A stretch of 64,000 nt of DNA, from contig OZ242320.1 of assembly GCA_965208125.1 (NCBI GenBank), positions 2,432,001 to 2,496,000 of the forward strand, written 5' to 3'. This DNA is from Candidatus Latescibacterota bacterium. GTDB lineage: Bacteria; Latescibacterota; UBA2968. Below, in pieces: positions 54,544 through 64,000 of the stretch (positions within the stretch are counted from its first letter, which is position 1; every line of letters starts with the position of its first letter). Under the pieces are notes generated by a model. It had not been told where the DNA came from, ran no database searches, and saw only the letters and a program-made list of their open reading frames with translations. Made by a program: the position numbers and the translations under genes.

Positions 54544-54612
54544 GGGACGGCACAGGGTCCGTCCCCTACGATGATGTTGTGGTTTGTAGGGGCGACTCCC
54601 CGTGGTCGCCCG
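54544..54612. repeat. REP doublet (GTAG-type)
   Basis: GGGACGGCACAGGGTCCGTCCCCTAC ... GTAGGGGCGACTCCCCGTGGTCGCCC. Confidence 0.75.
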
Positions 54613-54616
54613 CCTT

Positions 54617-55756
54617 TCAAAATTCTACATAAGGCTCTGATTCTATGGGTGTAAATGGTTTTGGCGGATATTTTGCCAGGATATCCTCTTTTAAATCTAC
54701 GCCCCAGCCGGGTCCCTCAGGGGGTACGCAATGGCCGTCGATTACTTCGATGGGTTGTGTGAGGACTTCGTTGTAGCGGTCGATGGAGGATAGGAATATT
54801 TCCTGCATTAAACTGTTGTGGATGCAGAGGTCCAGGTGCAGGCTGGCGATGGTGGAGATCGGTCCGTTTGAGTTGTGCGGGGCTACGGTTACGTAATATG
54901 TTTCGGCCATTGCTGCGATTTTTTTGAGTTCGGTGATGCCGCCCGCGTGGCAGATGTCCGGCTGGATGATGCCCACGGCATTTAGTTCTAACAGTGCGCG
55001 GAATCCCCAGCGGGTGTACAGTTGTTCGCCCGTTGCAATGGGTACGCGCACTTCATGGGCAAATTGGGCGAGGGCTTCGGGGTTGTCCCATAAGATGGGT
55101 TCTTCCATCCAGGCGATGTTGTATGGCTCGAGTGCTTGTGCGACCCGGCGCGCGCTCCAGATGTTTAATCGCGCGCGTATGTCAATTCCGATTTCGACCT
55201 GCGGTCCGGCGGCTTCTCGCGCGGCTTCTACGAGCGCAACACCGTGTTCTATGCGGTCGATTTTTGCGACTTGTTCGCCGCCAAAGGGGTAGAATTTTAA
55301 TGCTGTATAGCCTTGATCTACGACTTGTTTTACGCCTTCTAAGATGCCTTCGGGGGTGTTTCCTTTTCTGGGCCAGCCGTTGGCGTACATGCGTATTTTG
55401 TCGTGGGATTTGCCGCCGAGTAATTCATATACGGGTACGCCGAGTGCTTTGCCTTTGATATCCCATAGGGCGAGGTCAATGGCGCTGATGGCGCTGGTGG
55501 TTACGGGTCCGCCAGACCAGGTGACGCGCCGATATAGGGATGTCCATAGTCGTTCGATTTCAAAGGGGTTTTTGCCGATTAAATATCGCTTGAATGCTCC
55601 AAATTCCGCTATTAATCCTTCGTCTTTGTATTGCAAACTGGCTTCGCCCAATCCGTATATGCCGGCGTCGGTTTCGATTTTCACAAATGTCCAGTTTGTT
55701 CCCCCACCCTTTCCCGGGGTGCCCATACGCATGACGTGTAGATCGGTGATTTTCAT
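54617..55756 (-). CDS. Mandelate racemase-family acid-sugar dehydratase (galactonate dehydratase-like)
   Basis: ISAIDLALWDIKGKALGVPVYELLGG, WMEEP, ATGE, IQPD, APHN. Confidence 0.9.
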   Translation of the reverse strand: MKITDLHVMRMGTPGKGGGTNWTFVKIETDAGIYGLGEASLQYKDEGLIAEFGAFKRYLIGKNPFEIERLWTSLYRRVTWSGGPVTTSAISAIDLALWDIKGKALGVPVYELLGGKSHDKIRMYANGWPRKGNTPEGILEGVKQVVDQGYTALKFYPFGGEQVAKIDRIEHGVALVEAAREAAGPQVEIGIDIRARLNIWSARRVAQALEPYNIAWMEEPILWDNPEALAQFAHEVRVPIATGEQLYTRWGFRALLELNAVGIIQPDICHAGGITELKKIAAMAETYYVTVAPHNSNGPISTIASLHLDLCIHNSLMQEIFLSSIDRYNEVLTQPIEVIDGHCVPPEGPGWGVDLKEDILAKYPPKPFTPIESEPYVEF

Positions 55757-55766
55757 TCGTGCTCCT

Positions 55767-57032
55767 TTATTCTTTAATTGCGACAGCTATTTCCTCTGGT
55801 TTGTCCAGTTGTGGGATCCATTCATAAGGCACGCGATAAGCGCGATAGCACGTTTCGTGAGGGCTGATAAATTCCCATACAATTTCGAGTTCGGGAGTGA
55901 CTTCAAAAAGCCGACCTCCTGCCCCTTCGCAAATCAGTGTATTGCCATTGGGCAAGCGCTGTGCAGAACTCCACGGACGGCTGTAAAAACGGCAGGCGCG
56001 GATCCGGTCACCATCCGCCTTTAGCGCGGAATACTCCCACACGAGTTCCAGTGTTACCGGATCGAATTCTACCACACGAGAATAATCTCGTACCGCGTTC
56101 ATCCTCCCGTTGGGAGCACCCGGATTCGGTGCACCATATCCTGCAGCACCGCCATTATCGAATACCAGGATGTTTCCTGCACCGGGCAAGCCTTTTGGTA
56201 TCATATGCGCGTGATGCAGTCCAATGATCCAGCCCAATGCCCGCAGTTCAGATGTCAGTGAATAATCCGGCCCGACTTTCCACGCGATTTTACCAGTCTC
56301 TTTGCTGATTACTGCGATTGTGTTGGTATGTCGTCCATCCCAGATAAAATTATCTGGATGAAATCGCTCGTCGCCAGCATCATACCATTTGTTTGGTCCC
56401 AAATAGGATACACTGTTGGAATGTACCCAGTCATAAGGATTTGCTCCGACGCGTCCTCCCCGGTAAATCGCATTTTTTGCTTCTTCGCTGAAATCCATTT
56501 CATCAAAGTGATCCACGCTTTGCCATTCCCACACGGTGTCGCCGTTCCAGTTTACTTCCAAAATACAATCGCCATGCAGCACCCCGGGTGCGATATGTGG
56601 CCTTTCAACTTCTTTTGCTGCGAGGACAATGGTATTTCCGCCTTCTATAATGGGATCTAAACCCGGCGCATAATACCCGGTTGGACTGCCCTCGCGTTCA
56701 AAATCGTGGTGTTGCTTGGCGGACCAGATTTTTTTCTTATCAATTTCGATTTGCTCAGTTTTATTGTAGTGCCAAATTACATTTCCATCCCAATCTATCT
56801 GAACGAGTTCGCGCCCCCGTTCCATGCGAGGACCGTTGTAACGCCGGTCACCGAGGATATGTCCCCCAGGCATTACTTTGCCCAGTTGTGACAGATCAAA
56901 ATGCTTTACCAGGTTGCCGTTCATGTCAATTATCTCACCGCCAGCATAGACCGTATAGCCATTCCAGCTACGCTCGGGGTCGTACACAGATATACCTACT
57001 GGTCGGGGAACACCCGTTACGCGTGATGCCAT
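55767..57032 (-). CDS. Aryl-sulfate sulfotransferase (ASST-like)
   Basis: QHHDF.REG, DWVHSNS, HHAHMIPKGLPGAGNILVFDNG, SSAQRLPNGNTLICE. Confidence 0.85.
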   Translation of the reverse strand: MASRVTGVPRPVGISVYDPERSWNGYTVYAGGEIIDMNGNLVKHFDLSQLGKVMPGGHILGDRRYNGPRMERGRELVQIDWDGNVIWHYNKTEQIEIDKKKIWSAKQHHDFEREGSPTGYYAPGLDPIIEGGNTIVLAAKEVERPHIAPGVLHGDCILEVNWNGDTVWEWQSVDHFDEMDFSEEAKNAIYRGGRVGANPYDWVHSNSVSYLGPNKWYDAGDERFHPDNFIWDGRHTNTIAVISKETGKIAWKVGPDYSLTSELRALGWIIGLHHAHMIPKGLPGAGNILVFDNGGAAGYGAPNPGAPNGRMNAVRDYSRVVEFDPVTLELVWEYSALKADGDRIRACRFYSRPWSSAQRLPNGNTLICEGAGGRLFEVTPELEIVWEFISPHETCYRAYRVPYEWIPQLDKPEEIAVAIKE

Positions 57033-57059
57033 TGATAGACTCCTCAGTAGATTTTGGGA

Positions 57060-58802
57060 CTAAGCGGGACTGATTCTCTTTATATAAACATAGTAGGCAC
57101 CGGGTGGTGCGTCAATGCCATCGTCGAAATAGGTTTGTACGCGGGTTGAGCCTTTTTTAAGTGATAGATGAAAGGCGACGCATTTGTCTTCTTCGCTGAC
57201 TGCTTTTTGTTGGACGATGTCGCCTAATTGTAATTTTGCTGTTTTGATGGCGAGTGCTTCTCCCGGCAATAGATCATCTACATAAGGTACGCCTGTTCTG
57301 CCCGGTAGGGCGGCGCAGATCGGTGTGTCGATTTCAACGGGCCAGCGGCGAAGTTCGAATTCGTATTCTCCGTCTTGTTCAATGTCGATGGTCCAGAAGC
57401 CGTTGTCTCGCTCTTTTTGGCGCACATGCCGCTGGCTGTAAATTCCTTCTTTTCCGTGCCAACTGTGCGCGGTCAGTGTTGTGGGGTTTTCGCGATCTGA
57501 TCCGATTGGGATTTCGCTGTATTCGCCAAATCGCCGGGAGATGTCGGTCCACCAATTTTCATACGCTTCGCATAGTGTTTTTACGATTTCGGGATTGTGT
57601 TCTGCTATGTCGCGCTTTTGCTCGGGGTCGCGTTTGTGGTCGAATAGTTCGTGTTGTGGCGCACGCCATGTTCCCGTGTGTACGAGTCGCCAGCGGTCGG
57701 TCATGGCGGCGAAGTCTTTGTATTTTTTCGGGTGATCAATTTGCTGCTGGTGTACGAATAGTGTGCGTATGGGCCAGTTGCTATAGGCGTTGTTTAACAG
57801 GGGTGTGAGGCTGATGCCGTCGAATTTTGCGTCCGGTGGTGAGAGTTTGCAGAGGTCGATTAATGTGGGCAATATGTCGATGTGGGCGGTTAGATGATCG
57901 ATATCGCGACCGCCTGTCAGTTTTCCGGCGGGCCAGTGTATGAAACACGCGTTGCGATGGCCGCCGTCATAGACCCACGTTTTTTTGCCGCGCATGCCCG
58001 CGTTATATCCATCTGTTGGATATCCATCCGCGGTTATTCCCGTTCCCATGGATGTGCCGTTGTCTCCCATGAAGATAAGTATGGTGTTTTCTGTCAGGTT
58101 ATTGTCCGCGAGCCACTGGCGGAGGCGCCCGATGTTTTCGTCGATGTTTGCGATCATGCCGTAAAATCGCGCGCGTTGTTTCGGTATTCCCTGTTGTAAA
58201 TAAGGCGCGCTGTATTTTTCGTGTACGTTGAATGGGCCATGGGGGGCGTTGGTGGAGATGTAGCAGAAGAACGGGGTTTCATCCGCCTCCATAAATTGCA
58301 TGGCTTCGTCGAACCATACGTCTGTGCAATAACGGACGTGCGGTTCGGGTGTGCCGTTTCGGAGATATGTGGCGGTAAAGTTGTCGTTGTCCCAGTAGTC
58401 CGGGATTTCTCCAACTACGCCGCCGCCAAAGCTCAGGGATTCTCGAAATCCCCGGTCAAAAGGGCGATAGGGATAGTTGTCGCCCAGATGCCATTTGCCA
58501 AAGATGCCGGTGCGATAGCCCGAGTCCGAAAATGCGTCGGCGATGGTGATTTCGTCCCGGCGCATGATATACCGGCCCCGCAAGGTGCTCCATACGCCGG
58601 TGCGCGCGGCATATCGCCCGGTCATGAGCGCGGCTCTTGTGGGCGAGCACATGGCATCTACGTGATAGTCGGTCAAGCGCACGCTCTGGTCGTATAATTG
58701 ATCCAGATTTGGCGTTTGCAATACGGGATTGCCGGTGCAGCTTAGATCCCCATATCCCTGATCGTCGGTTAAGATCAGGATTACATTGGGGCGTTCTGTC
58801 AT
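57060..58802 (-). CDS. Arylsulfatase
   Basis: [37 protein letters not shown]. Confidence 0.95.
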   Translation of the reverse strand: MTERPNVILILTDDQGYGDLSCTGNPVLQTPNLDQLYDQSVRLTDYHVDAMCSPTRAALMTGRYAARTGVWSTLRGRYIMRRDEITIADAFSDSGYRTGIFGKWHLGDNYPYRPFDRGFRESLSFGGGVVGEIPDYWDNDNFTATYLRNGTPEPHVRYCTDVWFDEAMQFMEADETPFFCYISTNAPHGPFNVHEKYSAPYLQQGIPKQRARFYGMIANIDENIGRLRQWLADNNLTENTILIFMGDNGTSMGTGITADGYPTDGYNAGMRGKKTWVYDGGHRNACFIHWPAGKLTGGRDIDHLTAHIDILPTLIDLCKLSPPDAKFDGISLTPLLNNAYSNWPIRTLFVHQQQIDHPKKYKDFAAMTDRWRLVHTGTWRAPQHELFDHKRDPEQKRDIAEHNPEIVKTLCEAYENWWTDISRRFGEYSEIPIGSDRENPTTLTAHSWHGKEGIYSQRHVRQKERDNGFWTIDIEQDGEYEFELRRWPVEIDTPICAALPGRTGVPYVDDLLPGEALAIKTAKLQLGDIVQQKAVSEEDKCVAFHLSLKKGSTRVQTYFDDGIDAPPGAYYVYIKRISPA

Positions 58803-59761
58803 GCGCGATGCTCCTTGTATGGACTGAGGTCCATTTCTGGATAGGCGTTTTTGATGAGGTGAAGCGTTTCTGGCGTGTAGAAGTCGTCGCCGGGATTGGG
58901 CCAGCCAAAGAGGCTGCGGACCCTTGCGGTGGTTTTTGTTAAGAAGGGACGCAGGCGTCTGCGTTCTTGTATGTCTCGTTTTTCCGTGAGTGTCCAGGTG
59001 CTGGTGTCTCTGCGGCCCACTGCGTAGAAGAGGACTGCGCGTTGTTTTCTGGGGTTGGTGAATGCCTGGGCTGAATGGGGCGTGTGTGAGCTGTAAAAGA
59101 GTACGGTTCCGGTTTTTCCCGTGGCGGTGACGGGTTCGAATTTGTAAGGGAGTTTGCGGATGTCGTCAAAGCGATAAGATGCGTGTTCTGTGCCTATTGG
59201 GGCGCGGATGAGTTTGTTCATTTTGCTGTGTGCGCCGGGCAATACGCGGACCGGGGCGCAGTCTGCGTCGTTGTCGGTCAGATAAACCCAGGCCTGGATG
59301 TGGCCGTAGCGTTGCCATTCCGGGTGCGGGGGTAGCAGGGGTTTTGCCCAGTCGATGTGGAAGCCCTGCCAGGGTTCTCTTGGGGTTCCCCGGTCTAAGC
59401 GTCCGCTGCGGGTATAGACAAAGCCGTGGTGGTAGTGCATGTCGGGTGTGTCTAAGAGTTGGGTTAGGGCGTCTAAAAAGGGTTCGTGTTCAAGGGTGCG
59501 GTCAATGGCGTCGATACCCGTTGGGATGTCGTGAAATTCCGCGCGGGGTCCGCCAAAGTTGCGGCGGCCTTTTGGTCTGATGAGTGTTTCTGCAATTTCG
59601 GGATGGGCATCTATTTCGGCGTTGAATTCTTCGTGAGATTTGCCGTAAGCATTTTGTTCTGCGACTTCAAGCGCGGGTGCCAATTGCTCTTTTGAGAAGA
59701 GGTCGGGGACTAAGAGATAGCCATTGCGCTGATATGATTCACATTGTTCAGGGGTCAACAT
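58799..59761 (-). CDS. PhyH-family Fe/2OG dioxygenase
   Basis: [42 protein letters not shown]. Confidence 0.85.
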   Translation of the reverse strand: MLTPEQCESYQRNGYLLVPDLFSKEQLAPALEVAEQNAYGKSHEEFNAEIDAHPEIAETLIRPKGRRNFGGPRAEFHDIPTGIDAIDRTLEHEPFLDALTQLLDTPDMHYHHGFVYTRSGRLDRGTPREPWQGFHIDWAKPLLPPHPEWQRYGHIQAWVYLTDNDADCAPVRVLPGAHSKMNKLIRAPIGTEHASYRFDDIRKLPYKFEPVTATGKTGTVLFYSSHTPHSAQAFTNPRKQRAVLFYAVGRRDTSTWTLTEKRDIQERRRLRPFLTKTTARVRSLFGWPNPGDDFYTPETLHLIKNAYPEMDLSPYKEHRA

Positions 59762-59772
59762 TTTCGATCTCC

Positions 59773-60573
59773 TTATCCGGCGATTACGGGATGCAGGGGG
59801 TGATCCCAGGGTTTGCCGATTTCCATTTCGTCTTGCGCGCCCGCTGCGTCATTTTTGCCGGTGAAGAGGACGTAGTCGGGAATGTAGATGATGGCGAATG
59901 CGCGGCGGGGTTTGTCGCTGAGGTTTGGTCCCGCATAGTGGAAATTGCATCCGTGGTGGAAGGTGACGCCGCCGGCTGGCAGTTCTATGGTTTCCGGTTC
60001 GGCGACTTTGTGGCCGCGTTCTTTCATTTTTTGGACGATGCTTTCGCCCTGAATGGTCAGGCTCACGCTTTCTTGTTTGCCGAATTTGTGGCTTCCGGGG
60101 ACGAAGTGCATGCAGCCGTTTTTGACATAGACATCATCGATTGCGATCCAGGCGGAGAGTGCGCCCGGGCGATCCATGCCAGACCAGTATGGGAAGTCCT
60201 GGTGCCAGTTGGTTTCCCGGCTTTTGACGCCGGGTGGTTTTATGAGTGCGTGGTCGTGATAGATGCGGATCTGTTTGGCTTGTGATAGCCGGCGAGCGGA
60301 TTCTGCGAGGCGTTTGTGCAGGGCGATTTTTCGCGCGCCTGCATAGTCGGTCCAGAGGTTGACCATTTGATTGAATACGAGTTCGTATTCGGGTCTGCCT
60401 CGTCCCGCGTTTTCTGCGCCTTTGATTCTGGCGCGGTTGATTGCTACGGCGTGGTCGAGCGCGTCTGCCAGTTCCCGGAGGTCTTCGGGCGTGAAGAAGT
60501 TGGGATAGCTGATGAATCCCTTTTTTTCATATTGCGCGATGTCTTCAGGGGTTGTGGGGCAGTCTGTGGTCAT
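59773..60573 (-). CDS. PhyH-family Fe/2OG dioxygenase
   Basis: IKPP, WHQDFPYW, AWIAIDD...NGCMHFVPGSH, FHHGCNFHYAGPN.S..PRR. Confidence 0.92.
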   Translation of the reverse strand: MTTDCPTTPEDIAQYEKKGFISYPNFFTPEDLRELADALDHAVAINRARIKGAENAGRGRPEYELVFNQMVNLWTDYAGARKIALHKRLAESARRLSQAKQIRIYHDHALIKPPGVKSRETNWHQDFPYWSGMDRPGALSAWIAIDDVYVKNGCMHFVPGSHKFGKQESVSLTIQGESIVQKMKERGHKVAEPETIELPAGGVTFHHGCNFHYAGPNLSDKPRRAFAIIYIPDYVLFTGKNDAAGAQDEMEIGKPWDHPLHPVIAG

Positions 60574-60589
60574 TGTTGTTCCTCCAGTA

Positions 60590-61609
60590 TTATTTTATTT
60601 CCGCTACTTCTACCATTTGTCCGCCGCGTTGTGCCGATAGATAGGCCGCATCGACGATTTGCATGGTGTGTAAATTTCCTCGCCCACTGTGCATGGGTTC
60701 TGTGCCGCGCCGGGCAGAGTCCATCAGGTGATTCATGCTTTCACCCATTGCGTGTGCAAAAGCCCCTTCGCGATTGAATTCGCGTGTTTCCTTTTTTCCG
60801 TTCAGGGGATGGATGTGCAATGTGGCTGTGTCGTCAAGTACAACTTTTTTGACGGATAGTGCCGAGCCTTTTGTGGCGTCTATGCGCAATCGACATTCCG
60901 ATAGGGTTAAGCCATGCCAGTTGGATATCATGGTGCCGACGACGCCATTTTCAAATTGTACTGTTAGACTGGTAAAGGTTTCGCCTTTGACGTCTGGATT
61001 CCAATGGCGGGTTACGGCTGATACGCTTTGGGGTGGGCTGCCAGCCAATGTGCGGATGCGGTCGATGAGGTGGATGCTAAAGATACTGATTTCCAGGCGT
61101 TGCTCCCGGCTTCGCCACCCGCGCACTCGCGTCCGATTTTTTAGTTCGTCGTGCGATATATAACGTACGTCGCCAATATCACCCGAATTGACGATGTTGC
61201 GCATTGCGACGACGTCTTCCATGAATCCCAGTTGGTGGTTTACCGCCAGGGTTACGCCTGCTTTTTCCGCTGCTTCGACAAAGGAGACTGCATCGCACAA
61301 TGTTTCGCCGAATGGTTTTTCGACAAGGAGATGGATTCCTTTTTCAATTGCGGGGAAGATTACGTCATGGCGCACAGCAGGGGGTGTTAACAGGCTGATG
61401 ACATCGACTTCTCCCGATGCGATCATTTCCGCCGCATTTGTAAAGCGATTGGGTATGTCGTATTGGTCACAATATCCATTCAGTTGCTCTTTGTCTATAT
61501 CGCATCCTGCGACGACTTCTCCCAGGTCGTGTGCGACTTTCCGATATCCCGCAATGTGCCGATGCGCTATCCCACCACACCCTACAATTCCTATCCGATA
61601 TCCGTTCAT
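60590..61609 (-). CDS. Gfo/Idh/MocA family oxidoreductase
   Basis: IGIVGCGGIA, TPP..., HLLVEKP, SIHLID. Confidence 0.9.
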   Translation of the reverse strand: MNGYRIGIVGCGGIAHRHIAGYRKVAHDLGEVVAGCDIDKEQLNGYCDQYDIPNRFTNAAEMIASGEVDVISLLTPPAVRHDVIFPAIEKGIHLLVEKPFGETLCDAVSFVEAAEKAGVTLAVNHQLGFMEDVVAMRNIVNSGDIGDVRYISHDELKNRTRVRGWRSREQRLEISIFSIHLIDRIRTLAGSPPQSVSAVTRHWNPDVKGETFTSLTVQFENGVVGTMISNWHGLTLSECRLRIDATKGSALSVKKVVLDDTATLHIHPLNGKKETREFNREGAFAHAMGESMNHLMDSARRGTEPMHSGRGNLHTMQIVDAAYLSAQRGGQMVEVAEIK

Positions 61610-61619
61610 AATGAATTCC

Positions 61620-63008
61620 TCATAATTCAGGTGCGCCGTGATTCCACGCGATATAAGACCGCGGACTCAGTTCGATCAGTTTGTCCAGTAAGCGTTTCTG
61701 CAATTTGGATTTTAATTCTGCTATATCCTGGCGGTCCCACAGGTTTTCTTTTTCCCACGGGTCATTTTTCAGGTCGTAGAGTTCGCCATAGGGTTTGTTC
61801 CAATAATGCCCTATTTTCCAACGCCGGGTGCGCAAGCACCGAATGCCCGATGCTTCCATGTACAATTCGTCCCGGTCGTCCAGGTCTTCCGCATAGGACC
61901 AATAATGCGAGAGGTCGCGTGATGCCATGTGTTCGGGCACTTCTGCGCCTGCTACGGTCAGACAGGTGGCTGCAATATCAATTGCCGAGATTAGAGATGA
62001 TTCTACTTTTCCGCGTACGCCGCCTTTGGGGGGTTTGATTACAAAGGGTATGCGCATGAGCACTTCCATTATGTTTTGCCCTTTTGCCATGAGTTGGAAG
62101 TCGCCCATGAAATCGCCGTGGTCGCTGGTGAAGAATATGAGGGTGTTGTCATAGGTGTCACTATTTTTTAATGCTTGTACGATTGCGCCGATTTTTTCAT
62201 CTATGAGTGTTACGTTTGCGTAATAAGCGTGCCTAAGTTTGCGTATTTCATCGTTTGTAAAAGGCTGTTGGCGCTCGGGGCCGCCGCGAAGTGAGTTGTG
62301 CGGCGGTTTTTGTGCCAGCATCTCAAAATTCGTTTCTGGCATGTCGATGTCTGCCGGGTCGTACAGGTCGGCCTGAGGAAGATTGCCACAGTCAATGGGG
62401 CCGTGTGGTCCTGGGAATGAGATCCAGCAAAACCAGGGGTGATCTTCGGGCATGCTGCTTTCAATCCATTCGCGGCCCCGGTCACCTACGTAGTGATCGA
62501 CGTGGTATTTTGGGTCCGCTTTCCATTCCGAATATCTTCTGATGTCGGGATTTCCCTGAATTAATTCACTGCGGTGCTTAAATCCAGAGTCCCATAGCCA
62601 CTGGTTATAGGAGTTGCGGTTTGGATTCTGAGGTGCGGGGCTGTGGCTGTCTATAATATCTTCGTAGTTATAACCCCGTTCAATTTTCGATTCGCCAAAG
62701 TGCTGTTTTCCAATTACTGCTGTGTAATATCCCGCTTCCTGTAGATAACTCATGAATGTCTTTTCGTGCGCTGGCAAATAGGTGATAAAGGTGGGTGCCG
62801 CGCACTGATGCGGATATTTCCCCGTGAATATTCCCGCCCGCGCAGGTACGCAGGATGGATTAGGCGTATATGCCCGGGTGAATAGAACGCCGTCATTGGC
62901 CAGGGCATCCAGATGCGGTGTTTTTACCGCGGGGTTTACACTTCCCAGATGGTCAAATCGCTGCTCATCGGTCATTATGAACAGGATATTTGGTCGGTTC
63001 TTGGCCAT
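61620..63008 (-). CDS. Sulfatase
   Basis: RPNILFIMTDEQR, CVPARAGIFTG, GKQHF, SDHGD. Confidence 0.92.
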   Translation of the reverse strand: MAKNRPNILFIMTDEQRFDHLGSVNPAVKTPHLDALANDGVLFTRAYTPNPSCVPARAGIFTGKYPHQCAAPTFITYLPAHEKTFMSYLQEAGYYTAVIGKQHFGESKIERGYNYEDIIDSHSPAPQNPNRNSYNQWLWDSGFKHRSELIQGNPDIRRYSEWKADPKYHVDHYVGDRGREWIESSMPEDHPWFCWISFPGPHGPIDCGNLPQADLYDPADIDMPETNFEMLAQKPPHNSLRGGPERQQPFTNDEIRKLRHAYYANVTLIDEKIGAIVQALKNSDTYDNTLIFFTSDHGDFMGDFQLMAKGQNIMEVLMRIPFVIKPPKGGVRGKVESSLISAIDIAATCLTVAGAEVPEHMASRDLSHYWSYAEDLDDRDELYMEASGIRCLRTRRWKIGHYWNKPYGELYDLKNDPWEKENLWDRQDIAELKSKLQKRLLDKLIELSPRSYIAWNHGAPEL

Positions 63009-63015
63009 GATTTTC

Positions 63016-63915
63016 TCACCTGACGACATTTTGACCGGCATATCGCTCTCTGAACAGGGTCTGGCGAATTGGGGGCATGGCGTTCAGGATGCGGGGATCG
63101 GGTCGCAATAGTCTGGCGTGACCGCCATCTACGAAGTTGTAGAGGTTGGCAATGGCAATGCGGTCGTTTTCTTCATTGGTCCACGGATGCGCGCTATGTG
63201 TTGTTGCTTCTGCGAAAAACAGGACTGAGCCTGCCGGACATGAATAGGTCGTCCAGATGCTGGAGTCGGGGTCTTGTATTTCGTCGGGCGCGGTGTACAC
63301 AGCTTTGTGGCTGCCCGTTACGAGGAGTGTGCCGCCCTGTTTGTGTTTGACGGGGTTCAATTCCCAGATCACGCGGGTATGCGGGCTGTTGGCTTTGCCG
63401 GGGAAGGCGTTGTAATAGTGCGCGTCGCCGGGCAGGCGATATAGTCCATTGCCATTGTGCGGACTAAACTGGCGGGCTTCTCTTTTGCCTTCATTTCGCC
63501 GATTGGGTGCGGTTCTATACCAGAGTCCATTGGCGGCCAGACTGAATCCATAACAGTTGGGGCTTGATAAGCGGGGATTGGCCATGAATTCGTTTAACAT
63601 GCCGACTACGAGAGGGTGATCTATCAATTTCTGTGTGGGACCTGCCAGTGGGGTGCGTTCGTGTTCGGGGAGCGATTGGGGATCGAAGTGCAGTTGAATA
63701 CAATATTCCCGCATTTCTTTGATGTCCTGTTCGCTCAATACGCCGGGGACTAAGAGCCACCCGTCTTTGTCGAACCGGTATTTCTGCTCTGCGGTCGGTT
63801 CGATGATGTCTAATCCGTCGCCATTTTTCTTTGCCAATGTATCTGAGTAGTCGTCCATTGGGCTGCCCAGATTTTTGTCGATGATATAAGGTGTTACTGT
63901 TCCGTTGCTGTCCAT
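63016..63915 (-). CDS. PhyH-family dioxygenase
   Basis: EQKYRFDKDGWLLVPGVL, GGTLLVTGSHK, CPAGSVLFFAEATTH. Confidence 0.8.
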   Translation of the reverse strand: MDSNGTVTPYIIDKNLGSPMDDYSDTLAKKNGDGLDIIEPTAEQKYRFDKDGWLLVPGVLSEQDIKEMREYCIQLHFDPQSLPEHERTPLAGPTQKLIDHPLVVGMLNEFMANPRLSSPNCYGFSLAANGLWYRTAPNRRNEGKREARQFSPHNGNGLYRLPGDAHYYNAFPGKANSPHTRVIWELNPVKHKQGGTLLVTGSHKAVYTAPDEIQDPDSSIWTTYSCPAGSVLFFAEATTHSAHPWTNEENDRIAIANLYNFVDGGHARLLRPDPRILNAMPPIRQTLFRERYAGQNVVR

Positions 63916-63932
63916 GTTGGTCTCCTGTTCAA

Positions 63933-64000
63933 TTACCCGTCCATATACGCCGTTGTGCGCGGGAAGAATGTATCCACTTTTTCGTTGTACGGTTCGCTGA
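63933..64000 (-). CDS. Probable 3' end of a gene truncated by the window edge
   Basis: Open minus frame ...SEPYNEKVDTFFPRTTAYMDG-stop, ending just before the RBS of the next gene. Confidence 0.35.
   Translation of the reverse strand, partial: SEPYNEKVDTFFPRTTAYMDG

Overview
This is a 64-kb bacterial window dominated by catabolic and accessory genes. It holds six formylglycine-type sulfatases, an aryl-sulfotransferase, about eight PhyH-type Fe/2OG dioxygenases, GH29, GH32-like, GH33-like and PL1 enzymes, two TPP enzymes, an E1 alpha/beta pair, a secreted internalin-type LRR protein, several toxin-antitoxin genes and tRNA-Val(GAC). That mix resembles marine sponge-symbiont lineages such as Latescibacterota, Poribacteria or Gemmatimonadota-like genomes; this is an inference. 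Two candidate new systems stand out. (1) A sigma54-driven RiPP cluster at 26.4-36.2 kb: a 60-aa precursor with a SCIFF-like leader but a single-Cys, Pro-rich core, an RRE/radical SAM/SPASM maturase, a methyltransferase-fold protein, a GT2 and an outer-membrane protein. Next to it is a Ser/Thr kinase-ATPase-GAF-sigma54 activator fusion, and the promoter, candidate enhancer palindromes and an IHF box are visible in the sequence. (2) A DIP1984-like coiled-coil gene followed by a ~200-nt structured putative ncRNA carrying ~10 short degenerate repeats (1.9-2.6 kb). The window also shows several insertion scars: a degenerate tRNA-Val att copy, three copies of a terminator-containing motif bracketing cargo blocks, a ~415-bp gene-end duplication, an IS5-derived MITE and a truncated BrnT toxin. 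All family calls come from motif recognition by eye, not from database searches.
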